A DNA stretch of 38,507 nucleotides from Seison nebaliae (lineage: Eukaryota): positions 1-38,507 of the forward strand of contig JALJEE010002409.1 of assembly GCA_023231475.1 (NCBI GenBank). Reading direction: 5' to 3'. Below are positions 12,801 to 23,739 of this stretch, one piece after another. Numbering within the stretch: the first letter of the stretch is position 1; every line of letters starts with the position of its first letter. Below the pieces are notes generated by a model that was not told the DNA's origin, did no database searches, and worked only from the letters and a program-made list of their open reading frames with translations. The translations under genes were made by a program, and so were the position numbers.

Positions 12801-15800
12801 CGAAACCATTTTTTTTATCTCGATGAAAAACGACTTTTTTTTGAAATTCCGTTGAGAAATGTCCGTCCAAAATCGGATCCTCCACAATAAATTCGATTTG
12901 GTTCTCATAAATCGCGTCTCGAGACGTCACTGTCACATTGGCGAAATAACTTCCACTCACGTTATAATGATGAGTATATTCCAGAACGTCGTTACCGTTA
13001 TCCAGACCTTTAAACATGGTTTTGAATTCGGGTGTTTCCATCGGCGTACCATCACCCCAATCGACGTATGTTGTTATCGATGAGCCTTGGAACATGGTCA
13101 CTTCCATATCGAACGTTCCACAAGAACAGACATATGGTGGTGACGTGATGGTTAACTGTTTGACTTTATATTCGATATAAATTTCAGTTTCAAAAAATTC
13201 GGATGAAACAGCATTCCATAAATGAACTTTGAGACGATAGAGACCTCTCGTTTTCTTACTATCACCATAGTTGATTGGAGAGATATGAGCGAAACCGGAG
13301 AGATCAGATTCGGAGAAATTGTATGAGAGTAATTCTATATCGGTCGATTCATCCACCAAATTGAACCAAACATTCGACCATATATCGGTTCCTTGGGTTA
13401 GATTCATAAAAACTGTTTCTGAATCTGCCACATCAACAACAGCGAGATGATAAAATGAGAGATTTCCAATGGGAATTTGCACCAGAAAATCGATAATCGA
13501 TTCACTTTCATTCAAATTGTTAAAGGCTCGAACTTTCACCGTATAATTACCACTATTTTTGAAAATATAATAAAATTCGCCTTCGTGTAATGAATATGAT
13601 CCATTGACGAATGGTTCCATTTCGTTTATGTAATTTGTCACTTCTATCGTTTTATTCATTTGGATCATTTCACAAATGTTCGTGTCATTCTCACCAATGG
13701 TACAAACTTCTTCGTTGACGATTTGAGTTTGATTGAAGATCACTTCCTCGTTAATTTCTACAGTTTTATTGTAACGGAAGAGAAATATGGTGGATGGATC
13801 AGTTAAAGTGAATTCGTAAGAAATGTTCGTTCCTTCATTCACTGAAAATTGAATGTGAGAAAGTGTCGTGTGAATATTGGACATGTCGGGTGTCCAGAGG
13901 TTCAGACCCCGAATTGTACCCTGAACATCCACCTCGATTATTTTCCACTTGAAAGAGATGGTGTTTGTTGCGGAGACATTGACATAATAATATCCAGTTT
14001 TTTCGAATTTGTGCGAGTATATTTTCTTCGTCATATTCGGACAGTTTTCCACCTCATTCCCATCGTTCCAATCGATGAGATATTGAACTTCATCACCTTC
14101 ATGATCATTAATTTGAATGAAGAAATCCTTCTCCACATCATGATATAAATCGTATGAGATGACATTGAAATTATTGATCAATCGTCGAACATTCACATTC
14201 TTCGATTTCACCGTATTTCGATAAGTGGCAGTGACAGTAAAATTGCCCTGGGCGGTTATCGTCCTCCTATAGGTATGAGCCAACGGTTCGAATATATTAA
14301 ACTGAATCATCGGACGTTCCATGAGATTGGTGAGACTCAATTGGGTTAAACTCAAAACCGTCGTGCTACCATCAGAAACGGTAACTGTGGCTGGTGAACT
14401 TGTTACTGATGATGAGATGAGTGAGAGATCTCGTTCATTTAATTTACTTCCAGAATAATCGGCCCAATTCAAAATTTTCCCACTATCCACCACTCCGATA
14501 ATTCCGAACATTTCCATATCGTTATCAGGATTAGGAAGAGTCAAATCGATCCGTTCCACACATTTGACACATGCGCTCGTTACAGTCACCACTTTGCTAA
14601 TGACCTCTTCATAACCGTTAACTGATTGGACCGATGAAAGACTTCCATTATATTCATTTCCAAATCGATCAATTATCGGATGGAAATCATCGTTATCGAT
14701 GGAGTGTAATGTGGAGGAACATAATCGTTTCGATATCGAATATTCTTTCGAAGGACAAGATAAAACTGATTCTTTCTTTCCCAACGACCAACAATTCATT
14801 TCAATATCGATACATTTATTTATGAGACCACAAAATGTTTTGTTCGTTCCCGAACATAAACCTTTGAACAATTTTATCTCAATTGTTCCCGCTCTGTTCG
14901 CCGAAAAAGTTACCGATTCCACCATCTCGTATTGGAGACCTACCGTCTTTCTGACATAATATTGAGGAAAGATGATAATCGGTCCCACGGTGTCTTTCGT
15001 CGATTTATCTCCCGAATAATCGAAGAGACTTCCCAATTTTTTCAATTCGATACCTAAAAATTTTTAAAAAATTATCATCAAAAATATAAATTTAAATAAA
15101 ACTTTTTAATGAGTAATATTTTTCCACATCATCGAATGAATTCTTCATTCGAACACCATTGTTGATCGAACTCATCGTATAGAAGAGACACTCGAAACTT
15201 TTATCGATCTCAATTGGAATTGTCGGACAAATTAATTCAATTTCAGTATTCGAATTATAAACTCGAATCAATATCGATTCAGTAATGGAATGTCCATCTA
15301 AGAAAAATTTTATTTTTAATTAAAATATTTTTTAAAATTATTTAACTTCTATCAGAGGCGGTGACGTAAATCATTTGATCGTTGACGGTGGTGAATTTGT
15401 ATTTGAATTCCATGAACGATGGAACGGCCGTTGTATTGATGGTGAAACCGTCGGGATATGTGGAAATGATTAACAAATCGATCCGCCAATTAACGTCGTC
15501 TTCGAATGACATGATATCGAAAATGAGTTGATCGCCACCGACGGTCCATTCCAATCGAATCGTTACTTCGTCATAAATTGACAAAGACTCTGAAAAAATT
15601 GAGAATAAAATTTAAATTATTAAATTAAAATATTCTCAAATTAATAATTGATTTAGGAAACCTTTCGATGTTGACAATGTCAATTTGCCCAACATATGAC
15701 TATTATCATAAATGGACGATTGAGAATGTCCGCCACATTTCGAACCATCGTAACAATCGAGATTACATCCCGTTCCGTTCACTGTTTGTTGAGTGTCGTC

Positions 15801-16088
15801 GAACACGTTCCCACACAAACAATATTTTCCTTTCAATATATTTGTAAAACGATAATTATTTCGTAAACATGCCTCGATACAAGATTCGGCCGTCAATTGG
15901 ACATAGCCACTGACGATATTCCTCAATTGTCTGATCGATGCTCGATCGTTAAAACAACCGACTTCATCTACAAATGGAGAAATGGAGAGGGAAATGGAAA
16001 AGAAGAGACAACTTATCAAGTCAGTGGAATTAGTAGGAATTGATAGAATTCCCAATATTAATACAACTGCAATAATATGCAGTTGCAT
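3835..16088 (-). CDS. Polycystin-1 family (PKD1-like/REJ) receptor-channel, ~3942 aa, 8 exons
   Basis: Frame-consistent GT-AG exons: 16088-16013, 15967-15662, 15589-15347, 15297-15103, 15053-4771, 4728-4473, 4353-4196, 4146-3835. Domains in order: signal peptide (MQLHIIAVVLILGIL), WSC domain (VGCFND...CIEAC...YCLCGN...CGG), PKD repeats (DWNDG, DWGDG, WHFGDG), REJ region, GPS (CLCNHLTSF), PLAT (GDLEYLRIWHDNSG), FTRVQRLTC motif, and polycystin channel domain (YGGGGYVADL, TRAVFVEF). Confidence 0.95.
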
Positions 16089-16759
16089 TCTCTTCCAAAT
16101 TGAAAACTTTGAATAATTTCTCAACTAATTCTCGAATAAAACTGATATATTAACTACACTTCACTTCAGATGGATGATGGATCGGTGTATTTATGAAAAA
16201 CTTGTATAAATATTGATGATGAAACAATGTCCAACGACTAAACGTTTATTGTTTGGATTATGCATAAAAACTAATACTTCCCCCTCTAATAAAGTTGAGT
16301 TGAAGAGAATCTGTCCTTCCTCCCATTTGAACATTCAATCTTCAAATATTTTTTATTTACCGAATGAATGCCGATGAACTTTCTTCTTCTCTCATCGACT
16401 TTTATAAATCGATTTTTCCAATTTCTTTTCGATGGAACATTCTCCTTTTAATGATTTCAATTCGAATTACATATCAGCGTAACATAAAAAGTCCAATCGA
16501 TTACTTTTCCTTTGAATAAATGTCGCATTTACTCACCCTCAAATTGAAATGTTGGTAAAATATCTCCCGTTTTCACCATAACATTTCAACATAAATTTAA
16601 CATTCTATCAACTTTCTTTCTAATTATCCATTTTCCTTAGAATAATAATGATACAATCCATTTATATAAATTATATAGGAAAAAATCTTTCAAACTTTTC
16701 ACAAAACTTTTACTCCCACTATTTCGTTTCATATTAACATTATTTTCTAAAAAAATTAT

Positions 16760-16863
16760 CGCAGTGGACAGGATTCGAACCTGTGCGGGAAGATCCCAAC
16801 TGATCACCAGTTTGTCAACTTAGAAATTCTAGTCAGTCGCCTTAACCACTCGGCCACCACTGC
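16760..16863 (-). tRNA. tRNA-Ser(AGA) with a 22-nt intron (16805-16826)
   Basis: Acceptor stem GCAGTGG/CCACTGC with G discriminator; A box TGGCCGAGTGG; anticodon stem ACTGA/TCAGT; AGA at 16830-16828; insertion after base 37; long variable arm GGG...CCC; B box GGTTCGAATCC; T-run terminator just downstream. Confidence 0.93.
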
Positions 16864-17344
16864 ATATAAACAATCTCATTATAAGGTACATAACCTTCTT
16901 TTTTCATGAAGAAATATTATATAAATTAAGCATTAAGAGTAAGCCGAATAATTTACGAATTTTTTACAACTATAAATTTTAGCTTACCAACTCTCCTCCA
17001 ATCTTTGTAAAATTCAATTACCAATACTTAAAAAAGACAAATCCTTCCAACAACCAAATCAATTTTCAAATAAAGATCAAACTAAAAAGAAGATTTTGTG
17101 TTTTTGAGTTTTATTTAGAAATGAAAATGGAAATATTTTGTAAAAATATATCAGATCATTATTTTGAAAGAAATCAAAACTATACTGATATAATTCACTA
17201 TAGTGATAATAAACAAGAATAAATCTATAAATATAATAGCCCTTGGTGAAGTGCTTTAGATTCTTTCTAGTCCACATTAGATTGTGAGAGAGTAAAATGT
17301 AAAAATTGACACAAAATGACAAAACTATAAATCCCAAAATTTGA

Positions 17345-17985
17345 CTATGTTCCATAAGAATTTTTGGAATATCCCTCATGGATATTCTTCCGGCCATCTC
17401 ACATCAATGTTGAATGTGAGCCTCGTTAAATTCTGCTGCATTTGTATAGTGGTAGATATGATAGGTGACCATGTATTTTCCACCCCCTTTAGAAACCATT
17501 TACCCAGCCCAGAGACCAAAGAGGCTACTCTGAGCTGGGCATTTTGCATTTGGAGAAACGTTTCTTCTCCGATCGACCAGAAGCGCCACAGGGATTGACA
17601 CCTTTAATAGCTCCATTTTGTGTCACCAGGAGCAGACACAGACGAATGTTCATCTCCAACATTCTCATTATTCCACCGGAGAATTTGGCGATTCCTCGCT
17701 TGAAATTCTTCTCCTCAGACCACAACGGTGGTTTTGTTCGATTTGGATGTGGTGTCGTTCCAGACACCACAACAAATTTCTCCATTTGCCAATTGAGAAA
17801 CGATATTTGGGCTCTGATCGATCGCTCTCACCAAACCGGTTGAGGATCAATTTGAGGACCAAAGAGGTTACCTTCAAATTGACCCTTTCTCCATCGACAA
17901 ATGGAAACGCCCCGTTTTCCCAACCTCGTCAAAGTGGACGGGCGATTACTAGATAAAGCGAACTAGACGAAACCATAAGATAAAA
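17345..17985 (-). ncRNA. Large structured RNA with a 3' box H/ACA domain; candidate telomerase RNA or other large H/ACA RNA (5' end approximate)
   Basis: GC-richer island with no credible ORF. Helices: 17886-17907/17779-17800, 17874-17886/17843-17855, 17763-17771/17748-17756 and 17528-17539/17503-17514, several with G-U pairs that form only on the minus strand. The stem 17574-17581/17389-17396 is followed directly by H box AGAAUA (17388-17383), hairpin 17373-17382/17351-17360 and ACA (17350-17348). Confidence 0.65.
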
Positions 17986-18801
17986 CTACATTTCAAGAAA
18001 AGTTGAAATGAATAATGAATAAAATTTCTATTTCGCTCATAGACGAGGAAAATGTACGGGCACGATTTGCTGCGGTAACATTTTCATGACATAGATGAAT
18101 TGTACAAAGCAGCGAAATTGGAAAAACCACTTATTTGATGTCCGCGAGCAATTTTATCGAGAAGTTCAAGTTCAACTTTAAGCTCAATTTTTTCGGAAGT
18201 CAATTGTCCCATTTCTCATATTTATTTTGTCCGAAACAACTTAATCTCTTCAGTCAATTTTCAACTAACTTTCAATTATTCTTTTATCTAATTCTCTCAC
18301 AAATATCATTTTCATACACAATAAATTGTCTTCCAAATTAAAATTATTATTACATGTTAGAAATTATAGATTTTGAAAATTGAAAATTTGATATTGAGAA
18401 ATTTTTATTTTAACAAACTACTTAAATGATGAAGATATTGGTGAGGTATTAATGATAGAAAGTTTAGTCATCCGTTGAGTGACTGTCAATAATTCGATGA
18501 TTATTGTAAATATAGTCGTAGATATAGTAGAAAATAGGAGTAGTAGAGAACGTTTGAGTAGAGGAAGATGACAACGAATTTTGCGTATTCTTGTTTCGAA
18601 TAATGGTCTTTTGGCGAATGCAACAACTTTAGCATGGTTGCGTCCGCACTTTTTGGTGCGGTTAACCAACCATTTTTCTCTTTATCCAGCACTTCAGCCA
18701 GACAAAGAGACTTCTTTGCCATAAACCATTTAAAAACCTATAAAATAGAAAATCATAAATATTGAATAAAATTAAAATAAAACCTTTTTTCATCTGTATC
18801 T

Positions 18802-18838
18802 ACTGAGGAATTAGACTAAAAAACCTTCCCTATTTATA
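18802..18838 (-). promoter_or_regulatory. Possible TATA box plus initiator
   Basis: TATAAATA (18838-18831) and TCAGT (18806-18802) on the minus strand, followed by a typical 46-nt GTTTT...ATAG intron-like segment (18783-18738). Confidence 0.35.
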
Positions 18839-21590
18839 GAGGACGAGGTGATGGCAATTGAAACAATGGGAAATAGAAGCGGAAATTCGGTTTTTGCGCT
18901 GAATTTTACGATTTTTATGTAAAATAATTTCATTTTTTTTTAAATTGCCCAATCTGAAATACAACTCACTAATTCCATTTAGTCGTAGTCGATTGTTGAA
19001 CATCAACCATCATCATTAAATTATTTAACATTCACTTCCCAATTTGACTAATAGTAACATGAAATTTCTCAAATAGAAAACGAAGAAAATATTTAAAAAC
19101 TCCGAAAAATTTCTTTTGTACAATTTCATCGTTATAATTGTGAATGTGAAATGAAAATGAATTATAAAGCAAATTGGGAGAATATAAAGTAAAAATAGTT
19201 TGAAAGAGTTTGTAATAAAGTTAAAATTACTGGGAGAAGATTTGGAAAAATATCCGACGATGAGAATGAGATTAATTTGAGATTGATTCGGATAAATGGA
19301 GGGTGATGGGGAATGACGGTAAGTATAGTACACACCTGAAACTTTGCTCACCTAATTAAAAGGACGGAGAGTTTATCAATTAAAAAGCTTTCGAACGTGA
19401 AAGAAATTTAATGGATAAATCCATCGGGACAACTTCAAAGGTTCCAGCCATGTTTCAGGTATATACCATATCCGTTTGTGTTAATATTAATTGAATTGGA
19501 AAGTGGAATAAAGAAGAAATCAGAAGTTATGTCTGGTCGATTGGAAAGGAGAGAGTATTAATGAAATTATTCACATGAACATTGGGAATAAAATGAATGT
19601 AGTTATTATTCCTTGTATTTCAGTAGAAAACTAACGATACCTATGAATGGAAGTAATAATAAGAATAATAATAAAGGAAGAGAAATAATTTCCTCAATCA
19701 TTTTAGGGAATTGAACGGAACCGGAAATGTTGTGTAAAAAGCGGATTTTTTTTCATCTCGTGATTTCTCCTTTCAACTCAACAGACTTATTGGAACCGTT
19801 CATTCCATTCATTCACATGATTGGATTACGGAGAAGAAGAATATGTAAAAGGTAAATAAGATTTGTGACAAAAAAAAAAGAGAAAGTTCTCTTGAGAGGA
19901 AGAAGACGAAGAAGTTGTTATGAAGAGTTTTGTTCATTCTCACTAATAACACTGTATATGACACACTTGAAAGAATGAGATAAAGAAGTTGTTTCGGACG
20001 TATCTCCAAATTTATGCGGATGGATGTAAATGGAGAGATCTCTTATTCAGGTGATTTAGTGGGAAGATGTACGGGAAATGGAATTGATGCGGTTCACAGT
20101 TGAGGAGAGGAAGACGATGTTATGGATGAAATGGAAATGACAAAAGGAGAGAATTATATGCAAATTTTTCTCTGATTATATGGGGCGAAGAATTGAATGA
20201 TCGATAGACGATTTGTTACTGGTATTGGAGATGGATCAATTTATTATTTAGTTGATAGTAGTCGGGTCGTGGACGAGGAGTATTGGGAACAAAAAGTAGA
20301 ATTGTATAAGTAAAATAAAGAATCGATGAAGAATGGAATAAGGAGAAGAAGAAGAAGATGATGATGATGATATTGTTTCGTAACGATAGCAGCAAACATC
20401 TAGAAGGAAGGAAAGCAACAAAGGAAAAAAAGAAAGAAAGTTTTGGTGATAATTATTATGATAACAGTTACAAATGGCATATGTGTATGTAATACATAGA
20501 ATGTTATATGATAGAAGAATTGAGGAGTGTAGTGTTAACAGAGTAAAAGTAATGAAGAAAAAGAAAGAAATGGTGAAAAGGATGATGAATATGATGCACT
20601 TGCGTTTTCTATCTCTTCGACTGTATGATGATCCCATAACAGTTCTCCTACAGAGAGTTTGACGGCGTGTTTATGAAAGTGATTTGTTTTATTTGTCCGA
20701 GTCATAATGATAAGAATGAATTCATTATTATTCTCATTATTACTCCTATATCCATGTTGATGATGACGATCATTAATATCATCTAATAATAGACAATATC
20801 GAAAGTTTTAATCAGATGCATCATCCCATTCTCAACTCCCATACACATCAGATGTGTGAGAGGAGATTCATATTGATACTGCGCAAACATGACGGCGTTC
20901 CTCCTCAATTATTCCTCCCGATCAATTATGAGAGGAGCACTGTGCAAACTTTCGATCATGAAAAGTTTCCTCATTTCCCAAAATCGTTCCCTTCTACTTA
21001 TTCGGCTTGATGATTCCAAATTAATAGAAGGAATTTTCTCTTATTTGCTCTCATCCCCAATTTCTTATTATTCCTTTTCGTTCACCAGATTAAGGTGCTA
21101 CGCTACAGCCGCCTTCACTACACACACACACAAACACAAACACACACACACATGCACACAGACACAATCGAATGTAGTTGTGAGAATATTACTGTGTCGA
21201 CATCGAACTGTGGAGACAGAAGAAGATGAAAGAATTGGAATACATTTCACTTCTCGATTACATTGCAATTGAGCCAGTTAACTCGTCAGCTAACTAACTA
21301 CTTAAGGGTGGACTGCCAACTCGGAATATTGTTAGTGAGAGGAATGAATTGCAGGAAGGAAGCGTCGAGCAGTTTATGACCCGGTAGATTCTCTTACTAT
21401 GTAGATGAGGCTGTGAATTGTGAATAATAAGTTATAACAGTCAACTTTGTCGCTTTGTCGCTCAACTGATGATGATGATGATCGGCAAGTACAAGGAATA
21501 TTGAGCATGAAACGATAATGATTGAATAACCGTACATAGAATGTTAATGGGTGATCAATGCAAACAATTTGCCGATGACGACACAATTGG

Positions 21591-21628
<38 letters not shown>
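21591..21628. repeat. (AGAT)n microsatellite
   Basis: About 9 tandem AGAT units, seen directly. Confidence 0.95.
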
Positions 21629-21629
<1 letters not shown>

Positions 21630-21994
21630 GAGATAATAAGAGTAAATATTAGTCGAATGTTTTTCATGCATATTTTGTATATGGTATGATCGATGCATTT
21701 CAACTAATACCGACTCAATTTGCTCTCTCATCGGGCCGGCAAGTTGCCGCTCGATCGTCCCCCCGCCACCTCACCATCCATTGATCGACATATAAATATT
21801 GATAGGTAAATGGATGATAATTCGGAAAATTGTTTCGGAAGAATCGGTTATTGATAAACGACAATCAATAGACAAGTAATGTTCCAGGTATTCATGTTCC
21901 ATCAATCGAATTAGAAAAGATATTTCCTTATTTAATTATCATAACATCAATCCATTGGATTGGAGGAAGAATAAGGTCGAATCATCTACATTGA

Positions 21995-22015
21995 CACACA
22001 CACACACACACACAC
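21995..22015. repeat. (AC)n microsatellite
   Basis: About 10 tandem AC units, seen directly. Confidence 0.95.
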
Positions 22016-23376
22016 TGTCGTCAGAGATAAGTGAAACATTTATTATCATCTCGAACCGTTCGAAAAACGATATGGGCAACGACAGATTCAATAGAAATTC
22101 TATCAGTTCAATTGACTGATAATTTGGTTAAAGTTTTTCTTTTCTTTCGATCAATAATTCCAACAAACAATGTAGATGATGTAATAGAAGAATAATCGAT
22201 TTATATGAATTCTACTAGGCCATTCTCTCCCATTCCCTTCACGTCGATGTCAGCATTGATGAATTTCCATAATCTGATTTGCTTCATATATCCCTTCCTT
22301 CACTCCACCTCCCTCCCTTACTCCGTCCTCGTCCTCGTCGATTAATTAAGGCGGAAAGAGTTCGTCTCCCAACTCCCAACGACAATGTGTGACGGCGAGT
22401 TGAGTAAATCGAATAAATTAATAAAGAACGAACAAATTTTATTGGAGATAAATGAAAAAAAAATAAATTTTGAAGATCAATTTCTTATCATGAAATTTAA
22501 CCATTTTATTTCGTGTAAGGAATGAAGAGGAGAGCGGGCGGGAAGTGGAGTCGACTGTGGACTGAACAATTCTGATGAATGATCTGATACAAAATGTCTT
22601 GTTGTGTTCAAGATGATTCACATGCGAATGGAATGAAAATATTCGAATTGACTTGAATGATGATTTCTCATAAAAAAAAGGAAAAAAATGGAGGAATTGC
22701 TTCTTCCAATAAAAAAAGAAAAATGAAGAAGAAGAAGGAAAACAAAGGAAAGAATTCTTTTTTTCTCTCGTGAACAATTGTAAGCAAATTTCAAAGTTGT
22801 GCTAGGCAAGAAGTAGTTGGTGTAGTAGTGGGGGGGAAATAAACGGTAAGAGAAAGGAAGAAGAAAAAGTAAATAGCGAACTGCATGAAATGAACTTTCG
22901 ATTTCCTTTCGATTATTTGTTCTGCAATGATCATTCATAAAAGGAAGAATAGAAGAAATAATTTTTCGACAACTTAAACTAACTAAATTACCTTCATCAT
23001 ATTCCTGTGTAATCGTTAGACAATTTCGATTGCACTCCATTTGATGATTTAACAATAGAGAAATTGTTGATGGGATATGCACATTCTCTCCCGCCCTACA
23101 CTACCCTAACTAGTTATCCTACGTCTCGTCTACCAATAAGTGAATTCCACATTCGCTGAGCCATTTCAGGCTTCGTACCTTTCGGCGAATTGTCGTTGAA
23201 CGAAACTGGAAACTTCCATCAAATCGAACAATCAACTTACTTTACAAATGGAACAAAAGAAAGGAAATTCTCATGAATAAGCCAAATTTATTTCTATTTT
23301 GCTCATCGATTCCTTCCCCTCTCCTCACCATCATTCCGATAGTTCGACTCGTCAATTTTCCCTCAACCAACCAACC

Positions 23377-23410
23377 AATACCTAATACCTAATACCTAAT
23401 ACCCAATACC
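23377..23410. repeat. Short (AATACCT)n heptamer tandem repeat
   Basis: AATACCT x3 followed by AATACCC and AATACC, preceded by CAAC repeats. Confidence 0.85.
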
Positions 23411-23739
23411 AGCCCGCCAATGTATCTCTGATGATACGGGAGGGAATAATGGTGGATGATATTTATTGATTGATGGGTCAATCAATCAGTCGATCAATCC
23501 ATCCATCAATTTCGAGAACAAATTGACATAATCAATAAAAGTTAATCAAATAAGGAAGGAATGTCAATCGAATAATCGAACAAATAGACGATAAATAATT
23601 CGAGATAATTCTCCTGGAAATGTTCGTTTATTTTTGTATTTAGAGATTTAGATAGTCATATTTTATTGGAATAATTAATTACAGATCGACGGATGGATAT
23701 GTTGGTGAGTAGAAAGAAGATCAATTTATAATTCATCTT

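Noticed and set aside
4874..14959. Many short plus-strand ORFs opposite the polycystin gene (similar ones lie opposite C2CD5 and the BSD gene)
   Set aside because: Antisense shadows of long coding exons.
17345..17400. U17/snR30 identity, because AUAUUCC resembles the m1 motif
   Set aside because: The m2 motif AAACCAU before the ACA box is absent, and the motif sits in a terminal loop rather than an internal loop.
17410..17430. RNase MRP/P CR-V-like AACGAGGCUCA
   Set aside because: No matching CR-I (GAAAGUCCCC-type) near the 5' end, and the H/ACA 3' end does not fit.
17525..17956. Short overlapping ORFs on both strands of the GC-rich island
   Set aside because: No recognisable protein; better explained as by-products of a structured RNA.
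19336..19380. miR-184-like seed (GGACGGAGA)
   Set aside because: The surrounding hairpin is too weak and the 3' part does not match.
20618..20703. Possible C/D snoRNA (ATGATGA ... CCGA)
   Set aside because: The D box is non-canonical and I could not identify an rRNA guide.
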